From Proteobacteria bacterium UBA6921 (GTDB taxonomy: Bacteria; Pseudomonadota; Gammaproteobacteria; SG8-11), in the NCBI GenBank assembly GCA_002450895.1, contig DKAR01000036.1, forward strand, positions 236 through 63,869: a DNA stretch of 63,634 nt, written 5' to 3'. The number at the start of each line of letters is the position of its first letter. The stretch's first letter is position 1. The translations under genes were made by a program, and so were the position numbers. Below, piece by piece: positions 43,822 to 54,108 of the stretch. The notes under the pieces are model-generated. The model saw only the letters and a list, made by a program, of their open reading frames with translations, did not search any database and was not told the DNA's origin.

Positions 43822-44439
43822 ATGAGAATTCTTGCGAGTCGTTTCAAACGCGCGTGCATTCGGGCCCTTGTGCCGACAGCGATCTGGTCGGCGATCGTGC
43901 TCGCCGTGGTGGCCGGATCCGCCGCCAGTGCTGATGCGGAGTCCGCCGCGGTTTCGGCGTCGTACCTTGTGCAGCCGGGAGACATCCTGCTCGTTTCGGT
44001 CTGGCGCGAGCCGGACATGCAAAGCGAAGTTGCAGTGCGCCCGGACGGCCGAATTTCTCTGCCACTGGTCGGCGAGATTGATGTTGCGAATCACGATGTC
44101 GCGCAGATCCGCGCCGATCTGACGTCGCGATTGCAACCGTTCATGCCGGATGCCGCGGTGAACGTTGCTGTCAAACAGCCGTTGGGGAACAAGATCTATG
44201 TCCTCGGTCAGGTGAACCGTCCCGGAGAATTTATTCTGAACCGGGACGTGGACGTCCTGCAGGCGTTGAGCCTGGCGCAAGGCGCAACCCGCTTCGCCGA
44301 ACTGGATGAAATAAAAGTATTGCGTCGCGAAGGGGTGAGTCAGACCGCCATCCCGTTTAACTATGACGAAGTGGTTGGCGGAAAACATCTGGAACAAAAC
44401 ATCGTGCTGCGCAGCGGCGACGTCGTTGTGGTGCCGTGA
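43822..44439 (+). CDS. Polysaccharide export protein (Wza/Poly_export plus SLBB; short PEP-CTERM-locus type)
   Basis: YLVQPGDILLVSVWREPDMQSEVAVRPDGRISLPLVGEIDVAN...DLTSRL and the SLBB-like KIYVLGQVNRPGEF...VDVLQALSLAQG. Confidence 0.8.
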   Translation: MRILASRFKRACIRALVPTAIWSAIVLAVVAGSAASADAESAAVSASYLVQPGDILLVSVWREPDMQSEVAVRPDGRISLPLVGEIDVANHDVAQIRADLTSRLQPFMPDAAVNVAVKQPLGNKIYVLGQVNRPGEFILNRDVDVLQALSLAQGATRFAELDEIKVLRREGVSQTAIPFNYDEVVGGKHLEQNIVLRSGDVVVVP

Positions 44440-44447
44440 GCCCGTGA

Positions 44448-45602
44448 ATGCGTCGACTCCTGGTGTGCGGCATCGTCGCACTGGTTTCAGCCTTGCCCGG
44501 TAATTCCGCAATGAGCGCCTCCTGGACAGCAAACTCGGCGATAAGCGCGGACGCGCGTTATGTCGACAATCCGCGCCTGATTCCGGACTCCGATGACCGT
44601 GATGTTGTCGAAGTCCTGGACGTTCGGAGCAGCGTTGTTCGCGAAACACCCACTAGTTTGTTCAGCATCGCCCCCCGATTGCGCGGCACGCGTGCGGTAG
44701 AGGATGAGTCTCTGGATCGCGATGAGTACTTTGTGGATATGAGGTTGGCCAATGAAGCCCAGCGCCGCAAATGGTCGATCGACACCAACGTAACGCACGA
44801 TACGACGCTGACCAGCGAATGGGGCGGCACCTTTTTCAGTGAAGCGCGCAAATGGCGTAACTACCGGTCGATTTATCCGAGCGTGAGCGAGGCAATTAGC
44901 GAAAGACTGACGGCCGGCGCAGGGTTTGGATATTCCGATGTCCGATATGAAGACGCACGACTGACGCCACTGGCCGGATATCGATATCGCTGGGTGGATG
45001 CAAATCTGTCTCGTGTTCAAAGCGATCGATCCACACTGACATTCAGTTCGTATCTTTCGCGATACGATGCCGCGCAGTTTGGCGTCCAATCCGACGACGG
45101 CGGATTGAGAGTTTCCTTTCGTTCGGAGTTGACGCCAACACTGAGGGGGTCCGCCGATTTCGGTAGTCACCGTACGCATAGTTCGAATCTTGCGGGTTCG
45201 CGCTGGACGACTTCGGGCCTGTTTTCCGCGCGCCTCGATGGAACGAATGAGCGATCGTCCTGGAGCCTGTCGGTTGGGCGTGTTGTCGACCCCAGCGGTT
45301 TTGGTGTCCTGGTGCACCGCGATACGGTCAGCACGGTGTTGAATTGGCAGTTATCTCCTCGATGGTCGACCAATCTCGCGGCGACCGTTGCGCGCGACAA
45401 GGCCGTGCAATCGCAGGCCAGTTCCGCGAATCGACGTCGCCAGAACGCTGAGGCGCGCGTGGCGTGGCAAGTGGCGCCCGCCTGGTCCCTTTCGAGCTCT
45501 GCACTTTATTCGCACTATCACTACGACGTGACGGACCGTGAAGCCGCAAGCGCCAGCTTTTTGCTTCGCGCGACTTACAACAGCGGTGATTGGTTTTTTT
45601 AG
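44448..45602 (+). CDS. Predicted outer-membrane beta-barrel protein of the EPS locus
   Basis: Signal peptide, alternating-strand composition, and an aromatic C-terminus (...YNSGDWFF). Its position between the export protein and Wzz matches PEP-CTERM-associated EPS loci. Confidence 0.45.
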   Translation: MRRLLVCGIVALVSALPGNSAMSASWTANSAISADARYVDNPRLIPDSDDRDVVEVLDVRSSVVRETPTSLFSIAPRLRGTRAVEDESLDRDEYFVDMRLANEAQRRKWSIDTNVTHDTTLTSEWGGTFFSEARKWRNYRSIYPSVSEAISERLTAGAGFGYSDVRYEDARLTPLAGYRYRWVDANLSRVQSDRSTLTFSSYLSRYDAAQFGVQSDDGGLRVSFRSELTPTLRGSADFGSHRTHSSNLAGSRWTTSGLFSARLDGTNERSSWSLSVGRVVDPSGFGVLVHRDTVSTVLNWQLSPRWSTNLAATVARDKAVQSQASSANRRRQNAEARVAWQVAPAWSLSSSALYSHYHYDVTDREAASASFLLRATYNSGDWFF

Positions 45603-45617
45603 CGAGGGAAGGCGGCA

Positions 45618-47375
45618 ATGGATCGGAATGAAAACGAAAAAACATTGGCCGACTATCTGGGCGCTCTGAAGCGCTATCGCGGCCGAATGGGAATGGTCAT
45701 CGTTGCAATGATCGTCGCAAGCATCGGCGTGGCCTTCGGACTGCCACCCGTGTATCGCTCCAGCGCGACAATCCTGATCGAGCAGCAGGAAATCCCCACC
45801 GATCTGGTTCGTTCGACCATCACAAGTTTCGCGGATCAGCGCATTCAGGTGATCAGTCAGCGCGTGATGACTCGCGCGAATCTCATGGACATCATCAAGA
45901 AATACAACCTCTATCCCGACGATCAGAAAACGGAACCGACGGAGGTCCTTGTCGAGAATATGCACAAGGACATCAAGATGAATACGATCAGCGCGGACGT
46001 CGTCGATCCGCGCAGCGGACGGCCCACTCAGGCGACCATTGCATTTACGGTGTCGTACGACAGTGAATCGCCTGGATTGGCTCAAAAGGTCGCGAACGAA
46101 CTCGTTTCGCTTTACCTCAATGAGAATCTCAAGAGCCGAACCGAGGCGACGGAACAGACGTCCGATTTTCTGAGCGATGAGGCTCGCAAGCTGAGTGAAC
46201 TGATCACGGACTCGGAAAAAAAGCTGGCTGAATTCAAAACAGCAAACGCTGACGAGTTGCCTGAACTTTCGGGCCTCAACATGCAAGTGCTTGATCGTGC
46301 CGAGCGGGACATGCTCGATGTGGATCGCGACATGCGATCGCTGCGCGAACGCAAGGCCTATCTGGAAGCGCAAATTGCGCAAGTGAGTGAGACCACCAGT
46401 CTGTACGCGAAAACCGGAGAACGGCTTCTCGGTCCGGAGGACCGTTTAAAGCAATTGCAGACAAGCTATGTCAGCCTGCTTTCTAACTACGGTGCGGATC
46501 ACCCGGACGTTGTGCGCGCGCGCAAGGAAATCGACGCACTCAAAAAAGAAGTCGGCGGTGTTGATACGGCAGACAGTCTGCGTGATCGCCGCAAGATTCT
46601 TGAAGATGATCTGGAGGCGGCCCGAAAAAAATACGGCGCTGAACATCCCGACGTAAAGCGACTCCAGCGTGAGCTCTCCGTTCTGGACGACAACATCGCG
46701 CAGGCGACAATTAACAAGAGCGTTGCGAGCACGGAAGAGCCGAACAATCCTGCATTCATTCAACTGCAATCACAAATCAAAAGCGCTGAAATCGAGCTCG
46801 CCGCGTTGTCGGCCAAGAAAGACGCGCTTTCGCAAAAGATGCAGGACTATGAAGGGCGTCTCGCGCGTACGCCGCAGGTCGAGCGGCAGTTCCGGGCGCT
46901 CACGCGTGACTATGAAAATGCGTGGGGAAAGTACAAGGAGCTGAAGGCGAAGCAGATGGAAGCTCAGCTCGCTCAGGTCATGGAAACCGAACGCAAGGGC
47001 GAGCGCTTCACGCTCATTGAGCCACCCGAGTTGCCCGAAAAACCGCTCAAGCCGAACCGCATGGCTGTACTGGTTCTGGGCGTGGTGTTTTCGTTTGCGG
47101 GGGGTGTTGGCACGGTTGCCGTGAGCGAGACAACGGATGCCACAGTGCGCGGGGTCCGTGGAGTATCGCTGCTGTTGAACTCGCCGCCGCTTGCGGCCAT
47201 TCCGCGAATTGATACCGAGGCGGATCGCCAGCGCCGCAGGCGCAGGCGGATCGGATTCGCCGTCGCGATCGTTGCGCTAATTGGCATGGGAGTCGCGGCG
47301 TTTCACTTCTTTTTCATGCCGCTGGATGTGTTTTGGTACGCCGTACAGCGGCGCCTGGGTTTGCAAGTTATCTGA
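45618..47375 (+). CDS. Polysaccharide chain-length determinant (Wzz/PCP family)
   Basis: N-terminal Wzz segment with TM (LADYLGALKRYRGRMGMVIVAMIVASIGVAFGLPPVYRSSATILIE), a long coiled-coil periplasmic region, and a second TM near the C-terminus (IGFAVAIVALIGMGVAAF). Confidence 0.75.
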   Translation: MDRNENEKTLADYLGALKRYRGRMGMVIVAMIVASIGVAFGLPPVYRSSATILIEQQEIPTDLVRSTITSFADQRIQVISQRVMTRANLMDIIKKYNLYPDDQKTEPTEVLVENMHKDIKMNTISADVVDPRSGRPTQATIAFTVSYDSESPGLAQKVANELVSLYLNENLKSRTEATEQTSDFLSDEARKLSELITDSEKKLAEFKTANADELPELSGLNMQVLDRAERDMLDVDRDMRSLRERKAYLEAQIAQVSETTSLYAKTGERLLGPEDRLKQLQTSYVSLLSNYGADHPDVVRARKEIDALKKEVGGVDTADSLRDRRKILEDDLEAARKKYGAEHPDVKRLQRELSVLDDNIAQATINKSVASTEEPNNPAFIQLQSQIKSAEIELAALSAKKDALSQKMQDYEGRLARTPQVERQFRALTRDYENAWGKYKELKAKQMEAQLAQVMETERKGERFTLIEPPELPEKPLKPNRMAVLVLGVVFSFAGGVGTVAVSETTDATVRGVRGVSLLLNSPPLAAIPRIDTEADRQRRRRRRIGFAVAIVALIGMGVAAFHFFFMPLDVFWYAVQRRLGLQVI

Positions 47376-47403
47376 CCGAATTTATTTGCTGAGACTGCTT
47401 TTT

Positions 47404-48207
47404 ATGGAACGAATTGCAAAAGTTGCCGAGTCAAATCCAGCCTTGGGAATCGTGCGCGAGGCGGAGGGCACAACACAGCTTCCGTCGCCGCGCCTTGGCC
47501 AGGAAATCAGCGTGAATTACACCCAGACGCGCACGGTGCAGACTCCCCGGCAAATGCTCGAACGAAATCGAATCGTTGCGGGTGTTTCGGATCCAGCCGT
47601 TGCCGGGGCCTACAAGATGTTACGGACGCAAGTGTTGCAACGCATGAAAGCAAACGGCTGGAGCAGCCTGGCCGTTGCCAGTGCGAGCAGTGGCGAGGGA
47701 AAAAGCGTTACCGCCATCAACCTCGCAATCAGCATCGCGAAAGAGGTCAATCACACGGTGCTGCTGGTCGATCTGGATTTGCGGCGGCCGGTGATCGCGA
47801 ATTATTTCGGATACGAGGCGCCATTCGGATTGCGTGACTATCTGCTTGATGATGTTCCGTTGACCGAAATGCTGTTTACGCCGGGGATCAACAGGCTCGT
47901 GATCCTGCCCGGTGGCAAGGCTTTGGCGGATTCATCCGAATTCCTGACGGCACCGAAAATGACGCGTCTGGCGCATGAACTGAAGGACCGCTATGCGCGG
48001 CGCATCGTTATCTATGACATGCCACCACTCTTGCTGGCTGACGACATGCTCGCATTTTCGCCGAACTTTGATGCGGCGCTGCTGGTCGTTCAGGAAGGCA
48101 AGACTCGCAAGGATCAGCTTCAACAGGCAATGGAAATGCTTTCTGGAATCAATGTCGTCGGTACCGTGCTGAATCAGGCGGACGAAGGCAGTACCCCTTA
48201 TTACTAG
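47404..48207 (+). CDS. BY-kinase-like ATPase (separate cytoplasmic partner of Wzz)
   Basis: Walker A SASSGEGKSVTAINLA, Walker A' LLVDLDLRRP and Walker B RIVIYDMPP, with C-terminal ...STPYY. The track start at 47281 overlaps wzz; I prefer ATG 47404 (MERIAKV...). Confidence 0.7.
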   Translation: MERIAKVAESNPALGIVREAEGTTQLPSPRLGQEISVNYTQTRTVQTPRQMLERNRIVAGVSDPAVAGAYKMLRTQVLQRMKANGWSSLAVASASSGEGKSVTAINLAISIAKEVNHTVLLVDLDLRRPVIANYFGYEAPFGLRDYLLDDVPLTEMLFTPGINRLVILPGGKALADSSEFLTAPKMTRLAHELKDRYARRIVIYDMPPLLLADDMLAFSPNFDAALLVVQEGKTRKDQLQQAMEMLSGINVVGTVLNQADEGSTPYY

Positions 48208-48264
48208 CCGTCCGATTGACAGAACGTCAACGGAAGCAAATGTAGAAAAACCTACGGTGATCAT

Positions 48265-50151
48265 GTGTTCCAGACGACCCGGGACAAAGGGAGAGTGTTT
48301 TGTTTCGCGGTCTTCGGCTGGATGCTTGTCATCGCATTGGGCGCCGCAGAAGCAGCTTCTGCAGTTCCAGCCCCCGTATTCGAGTTCGGCAAACGGAGTC
48401 TGGGTGCGTCGACCGTCCCGCAGCTGATTGATGGGGCCCGTGTCGTGTCGGATGAACGTGTTGGGACGCACTGGCGATTGGCGGACCGAAGTCATGTCGA
48501 GATCTCCGGAATTCAACTTTCAACAGACGAGGGCTCGATCGATTTTTGGCTGAAACCGCAGTGGGGCGATCGTGACCCGCAATCGCATGTCTTACTGACA
48601 GCACGATGGAATGATGGTCGACAAGGTTATCTCGCCGCAAGTTACGGTTGGTGGGAACCGCAGGGTTCGCGGCGGCTTTACTTCGTGGTCAACAACCAAC
48701 AAGAAGCGCATTGCGGCGCACCGTTCCTGCCGACACCGGATGAGTGGGTTCACGTGTCGCTGGTGTGGAGAAGTGGCGCGTCTGGCTACTGTGCAATCTA
48801 TCTTGGAACGGAGCGGATCGCGGAAAGCCGGCCGGCACTCGCAGGTCACCAACGTTCAACGGGGCCGCTCTTTGTCGGGAGTGATCTCGGATCTACCGAT
48901 CCACGCAAACGCCCGGCGGAATTTTCGCTTGCGGACTTTCGGGTCTTCGACCGCGCGCTCGGTGAATCTGAAATCCGCGTGTTATCGCATTCGGCCGGCA
49001 CACTCCGGTTCTCAAGCGAATTCGGTGATCCGGCCTGGATGAAATCAACATTGGCCAGACCGGCGGCGGAGGTGCGTGCGCCTGACGGACAATTGCGCGA
49101 AATACGCGCGCTGTTTGATGAAGATATCCATTGGGCATATTCGAGGGAAAGCACCGATCAAATACTGAAGAAGATTCAGTCCGCAGGATTCAATGTCTAC
49201 GTTCCATGCGTTTGGCATGGTCGTGGCGCGTACTTCCCCACAACAATCGCCGCAATCGATTCTCGTTTGCCGAATATCGTCAGGAATGGAGACGATCCGC
49301 TGCGCTACCTGATTCAGCGTGCGCACGAAATGGGAATAGAAATTCATCCGTGGTTTACCGTTGCGTTACGCGAAAATGAAGAGTATCCGGATTTCCATCC
49401 GGACGGCACGCCCGACGGGGCGTTCGACGTTCACAACCCGGACTTTCGCGATTTTATCGTTCGGCTGATGCTCGATGTCGTTTCCCGATACGACATCGAC
49501 GGTATCAATCTCGACTACATCCGGGCCATGGGAATTTGTACGTCCAGTCCATGCAAGGCGAGCTACGAAGCCCGTTACAAGACATCGCTCATCGCGGACA
49601 ACATTCAAAGGGTCTTCAGCGCCGATGCACGCCGGCGGGTCGAGGCCTGGCAGGATGATGCGGTTTCCGACATCGTGGAACGCCTTTCTGACGGAACTCG
49701 CAAGCTCAAACCGAACGCGATCATCAGCGTGGACAGCCATCCCGTTCCCCGAAGTGAAAAGCGCCCGCTGGAAGGTCGTAACGATATTGCCTGGGCCGAC
49801 CGCGACTGGATCGATGTCATCTTCGCGATGGATTACCGAAAGCGGATTGACGACGCACGTATTGATGCGGTCCGTGACAGCCTGAAGAATCCAAAGAAAC
49901 TGCTTCCCCTGTTCGGTAACTACGAACGCGTCGACGGACGAACGGTTCCGCGCTCCGCGGCGCTGGTCAGCCGCTACATCGATTTCGCACGGCGCAAATG
50001 GCCGGGAAACGGTTTTGGTTTTTACATTTACAGCATGCTGAGTGCGGAACAGATCCGCGCACTTCAAGCCGGGCCGTTTCGGGAAGCGGCAGCTCCGTTT
50101 TGGTCGCGAGCCGAACAAGTTGAAATACCCAACGCGGTGGCACAACCATGA
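48265..50151 (+). CDS. Secreted LamG-like lectin domain fused to a glycosyl-hydrolase-like (GHL10/TIM-barrel) domain
   Basis: Signal peptide ...LVIALGAAEAASA. The LamG-like segment reads GSIDFWLKPQW...WVHVSLVW...LFVGSD...DFRVFDRAL. The GHL10-like segment reads AGFNVYVPCVWHGRGAYFPT...MGIEIHPWF...IDGINLDYIR. GTG start. Confidence 0.5.
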   Translation: MFQTTRDKGRVFCFAVFGWMLVIALGAAEAASAVPAPVFEFGKRSLGASTVPQLIDGARVVSDERVGTHWRLADRSHVEISGIQLSTDEGSIDFWLKPQWGDRDPQSHVLLTARWNDGRQGYLAASYGWWEPQGSRRLYFVVNNQQEAHCGAPFLPTPDEWVHVSLVWRSGASGYCAIYLGTERIAESRPALAGHQRSTGPLFVGSDLGSTDPRKRPAEFSLADFRVFDRALGESEIRVLSHSAGTLRFSSEFGDPAWMKSTLARPAAEVRAPDGQLREIRALFDEDIHWAYSRESTDQILKKIQSAGFNVYVPCVWHGRGAYFPTTIAAIDSRLPNIVRNGDDPLRYLIQRAHEMGIEIHPWFTVALRENEEYPDFHPDGTPDGAFDVHNPDFRDFIVRLMLDVVSRYDIDGINLDYIRAMGICTSSPCKASYEARYKTSLIADNIQRVFSADARRRVEAWQDDAVSDIVERLSDGTRKLKPNAIISVDSHPVPRSEKRPLEGRNDIAWADRDWIDVIFAMDYRKRIDDARIDAVRDSLKNPKKLLPLFGNYERVDGRTVPRSAALVSRYIDFARRKWPGNGFGFYIYSMLSAEQIRALQAGPFREAAAPFWSRAEQVEIPNAVAQP

Positions 50152-51488
50152 GCCTACCGTTTCTGATCGAAATTGCCTTGTTGCTGTCTATCGCCATGGC
50201 GGCGTTGTTCGTGCAACGCGGGTTGATCGTTCTGCTGATGTTGTTGCCGGCGACGGAAGTGGGCGGGTGGGTGGATCCGATGACCATTGCGGTCAAAGGC
50301 GTGTTTGACACCCATGCCTTGCTCGGCCTGCTGATTCTTGGCGGCATCGTGGTGTCCATCACGCGATTGTCGGATCTGGGCGGCGCTCTGATGTTAAAAC
50401 CCATGTTGGTCTGGATCGGATTCTGGCTCTATGGCGTCACCTATCCGGTCTTCATGGACTATTCGTCTTTTTTCTACGCGCTGAAGGGTTCAAAAGAGTT
50501 TTTGACGGTCTTCGCGTATTTCGCAGTTTTTCTCTTTGTCCGCACAGAAACTGAAATCAAGTGGGGTTGGCGCATCGTCATGGGATTCGGCATCTATTTC
50601 TCTCTGCTCGAGCTGGCCGCGCAAGCATTTGGGACCACGTTGCTATCTCATCTCGGATATTCGTTTCGCAAAGAGATTTCTTTCATGTGGAAAGTGTATC
50701 CCCAGTTCTGGCCTGTGTTGTTGATCGCGCTTTTGCATTCGTATTTCGAATACGCGCTCAGCGTGGGGCGACCATTCGCCCGAATCTGGATCGGGAGCAT
50801 TGGACTGTTGCTAACATTCTATCGATCCTATCTGCTTGCGACCGTGACGACGGCGCCGCTGTTCTCGTTGTTTGGCCGACAGAAACTGTCGCGGGTCATG
50901 GTGCAGGGCATCGCCATGACGCTCGTGGTTGTGGTGGGAATCGCCGGTGTATGGGTGATCACGGTGAATCGCGGTGGCGACATGGCCACGTTGACCGACC
51001 ATTTCGTGTCATCCGGTATCACTGAATTCGACACACAAACTGGCGGCGCCATCGTCGGTCGCGAAGCGGTCTCCAAGGAGCGTCGTGCGATTGTTGAACG
51101 CAGTCCATGGTTCGGATATGGATTTATCGACAAGGATTCACAGTTTGGCCACCAGGTCCGCCATTACGTTCGCGGTGACACGCTCGGCTTTATCGACAAG
51201 GGCGACGTCGACGTTGCGCTGAAATTTGGATACGCAGGCCGTGCGTTACTGTATGCGACGACGCTTTGGATGGCCTGGTTGCTCGTGCGTCTGGCACGGG
51301 CGTCGAAATCAAACCTTTTGAACGTGCGTGCATTGTCTATAGCAACTTTGCTCGTGATCTTTCTGATTGTTCAGCCCGTACATGCCCCGTTGACCTACAG
51401 TTTTGCCTTGCTGCCACTGGGCATCGCGCTGGGGTTGCTTGAACGTGAACGCTATCTTGAAGCGCGGAAGCCGGTGCCAAGCCAATGA
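50148..51488 (+). CDS. O-antigen polymerase/ligase-like (Wzy) membrane protein
   Basis: About 10 TM segments with a periplasmic loop (...ERSPWFGYGFIDKD...). ATGA overlaps link it to both neighbours. Confidence 0.5.
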   Translation: MSLPFLIEIALLLSIAMAALFVQRGLIVLLMLLPATEVGGWVDPMTIAVKGVFDTHALLGLLILGGIVVSITRLSDLGGALMLKPMLVWIGFWLYGVTYPVFMDYSSFFYALKGSKEFLTVFAYFAVFLFVRTETEIKWGWRIVMGFGIYFSLLELAAQAFGTTLLSHLGYSFRKEISFMWKVYPQFWPVLLIALLHSYFEYALSVGRPFARIWIGSIGLLLTFYRSYLLATVTTAPLFSLFGRQKLSRVMVQGIAMTLVVVVGIAGVWVITVNRGGDMATLTDHFVSSGITEFDTQTGGAIVGREAVSKERRAIVERSPWFGYGFIDKDSQFGHQVRHYVRGDTLGFIDKGDVDVALKFGYAGRALLYATTLWMAWLLVRLARASKSNLLNVRALSIATLLVIFLIVQPVHAPLTYSFALLPLGIALGLLERERYLEARKPVPSQ

Positions 51489-52624
51489 GAACAGTGCTCC
51501 ATATCATCGAGCGATTGGCGGATTTCGGCGGAACACCGCGCAAGATGCTCTATCTCGCCGCGCACAATAACTATCAAACAAGCCAGCTGGTTTTTGTACC
51601 TTATTTGCCTCCGCCGCGGGACGCAACGCTCGAGCCCCGGTTTCGCGACCATGGTGCGAAAGTGCGGAATCTGGATACGTTGTCATTGCCGCGCCTGGTG
51701 CGTGGCATCGCCGCAACGGCGCGCGCCGAGCGCGCGGACGTGATCTGCACGCACTTCACTCGGCCGCTGATTGTCGGATTCCTCGTATCGCGCTGGTTGA
51801 GACTTCCCCTGATCCATAACGAACACAGCAGCGCGTCGCACCGCAAAGGGGTGGGGCGTCGCCTGGCGCAACTCAGCCTCCCGTTTGCTGACGCCGTGGT
51901 TTGCAATTCTCAGGATACGGCGGAATCCATCGCACGTGACTATCGGGTGTCGCGTGACAAATTGCGCGTCCTCTACAACCCGGTGGTGCAACGCGCTACG
52001 GCAGGAACTCGCATGGAGTTCCGCGCGACACTGAACATTCGGCCCGATGAAGTTTTGATTGGTAACGTCGGTGGGCTGCTGGAATGGAGGGATCAGGCCA
52101 CATTATTACGTGCCTTCGCTGAACTGCGATCCCATTGCCGCGCTGTGCGATTGGTGATCATTGGCGACGGCCCGCTGCGACGGGAGCTGGCGAGATTGGC
52201 GGCGGAATTGAAAATTTCCGACGCCGTGGAATTTGTCGGGTACACCGATCGCATTGGAGATTATCTCTCTGCCATGGATATCTACGTGAATCCTGCGCTC
52301 GATGAAGGATTTGGCATCGCCGTTGTTGAGGCAATGCTCTCCGGGTTGCCGGTTCTGCTCGCAAATGCTGGTGCTCATCCCGAACTGATTGCAGACGACA
52401 CTCACGGTTTGTTGTTTCCGGGGCGCAACGATCAAACGCTCGCTCGGCAGTTGCGCGAGCTGGTCATGCATCCGGAGCGGCGTGAAAGACTGGGTCATGC
52501 GGCGCGCGATGCGGCGCGCACCCGGTTTGCTCCGGAACTCTATGCCTCGGGATATGACGCGATTGTCCGCGATGTATTGGGGCGAAAATTGTCGCCCAAG
52601 AATGCAGGGAGCGCGGTTCAATGA
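51485..52624 (+). CDS. Family-4 glycosyltransferase
   Basis: GT-B EX7E region EGFGIAVVEAMLSGLPVL. ATGA coupling at both ends. Confidence 0.8.
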   Translation: MRTVLHIIERLADFGGTPRKMLYLAAHNNYQTSQLVFVPYLPPPRDATLEPRFRDHGAKVRNLDTLSLPRLVRGIAATARAERADVICTHFTRPLIVGFLVSRWLRLPLIHNEHSSASHRKGVGRRLAQLSLPFADAVVCNSQDTAESIARDYRVSRDKLRVLYNPVVQRATAGTRMEFRATLNIRPDEVLIGNVGGLLEWRDQATLLRAFAELRSHCRAVRLVIIGDGPLRRELARLAAELKISDAVEFVGYTDRIGDYLSAMDIYVNPALDEGFGIAVVEAMLSGLPVLLANAGAHPELIADDTHGLLFPGRNDQTLARQLRELVMHPERRERLGHAARDAARTRFAPELYASGYDAIVRDVLGRKLSPKNAGSAVQ

Positions 52625-54108
52625 ACCTGCTTGACCTCAAGCGGCGGTTCGCGGCGGGGTCCCTGACGGGCCTTGCGCGCGTCGCGCTGGCAATTCCGCT
52701 TTACTTCATTCTCACGCCGTACGTACTTCATGCGCTCGGTACGGAGCGCTTCGGGCTTTGGGCGTTTGGAACGCTGGTCATCAGTGTCATGACGCTCACT
52801 GACTTCGGTTTCAAGAATGCGCTGGTCTACTACGTGGCGCGCAATCTCGAAGACACAGCGCGCATCAATCGATATTTTAATGTCGCATTCCTGCTGTTCG
52901 TTGCTATGACGATGTTGGTTTTTGCGATTGCGTACGCGGCAGGACCTCTGATCGTGCGCGAGTTGCTGAACGTCAAAATCGAATTGCGCGATGAAGCGGC
53001 GTTCGTGCTGTGGGTGACCGCGCTTGGTTTCGGACTGCGCTTCGTTGCGCTTCCTTTTCAAGCCGTCGTCGAGGCGCATCAGCGCCATGCTGTGTCGCAG
53101 GCAATCCTGTTGTTGTGGTTGGTCGTCAATTTTGTCGGAACGTTGATCGCACTGAACATACGTCCGGACATTTACGCACTGGGGGCGATTAGCATCTTGT
53201 CCAATCTTGTTGTACTGGCCGCCTTCATTACCTACACGAAGATTCAATTCAGGTTTCTGGGTGTCGATCCTCGCCGCGTCTCGGCGTCCGAAGCAAAGGA
53301 CATGGTTATCTATGGGGGCGGGATTCACGCGGCAACGCTGCTGATCGCTTCGCGCGAGCCGGTTCTCAAGGTCCTGATCGCCCGAACTCAGGATCTGGCC
53401 GGTGTAGCGACATTCGAGATTGTCTTTCGGTTGTGCACGCAGCTGGTGTCATTCGTTGCAACGCCGTTGCTAGGAACCTTTTCCGCCGCGGCGCTTCTGG
53501 CGCGCGATCGCACCGACGAATTGGGACACGTACTGCGACCCATGCTAGGTTTTTGTCTGGCGACGTTTGTCCCGGCGATTCTGTTCTTCGCCTCGTTCTC
53601 GGAGTCTCTGGTTTCATTGTGGTTGGGTCCGGACTTTCCGCAGGTGTCCGCGATGCTTCCCGGTGCGTTTACCGCGTTTTCGGTCTACTACACGACCGAA
53701 GTTCTGTACAAGTCAATTGAGGGTTCCGGGTGGTCCGTGTACAGCGCGCTCGTGCAGTCCATTGTGCTTTCTTTGATGGTTGGGACATTTCTGGCGTGGG
53801 ACGGCCCGGCGGGTGCGGCGGTGCCGGCGGCACTGCTGAGCGGATTCGTATTTTTCAGTCTCTCCAACGTGGCGGTATTTCGCGTGCGCTTCCCGACGCT
53901 CCGGCTTGTCACATCCGCCCAATTAGGTTGGCTTCTGGCCCCGGCGTGTGCCTATCTGCTGGTGCTGCGGTGGTTGCCGCCTGCAGTGCTTCCGGTCGCG
54001 TTTTTCGTTTATTCGATTCTCCATATCGTGTGTGTCAGGCGCGCAAACCTGTTTGACGTTTTCAATGTTGCCAGGCGTGTCGTGAAAATGGTCACGGTGA
54101 AGCAATGA
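52621..54108 (+). CDS. Polysaccharide flippase (Wzx/MOP superfamily)
   Basis: 495 aa with about 12-14 TM segments. The position and operon coupling are typical of Wzx. Confidence 0.6.
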   Translation: MNLLDLKRRFAAGSLTGLARVALAIPLYFILTPYVLHALGTERFGLWAFGTLVISVMTLTDFGFKNALVYYVARNLEDTARINRYFNVAFLLFVAMTMLVFAIAYAAGPLIVRELLNVKIELRDEAAFVLWVTALGFGLRFVALPFQAVVEAHQRHAVSQAILLLWLVVNFVGTLIALNIRPDIYALGAISILSNLVVLAAFITYTKIQFRFLGVDPRRVSASEAKDMVIYGGGIHAATLLIASREPVLKVLIARTQDLAGVATFEIVFRLCTQLVSFVATPLLGTFSAAALLARDRTDELGHVLRPMLGFCLATFVPAILFFASFSESLVSLWLGPDFPQVSAMLPGAFTAFSVYYTTEVLYKSIEGSGWSVYSALVQSIVLSLMVGTFLAWDGPAGAAVPAALLSGFVFFSLSNVAVFRVRFPTLRLVTSAQLGWLLAPACAYLLVLRWLPPAVLPVAFFVYSILHIVCVRRANLFDVFNVARRVVKMVTVKQ

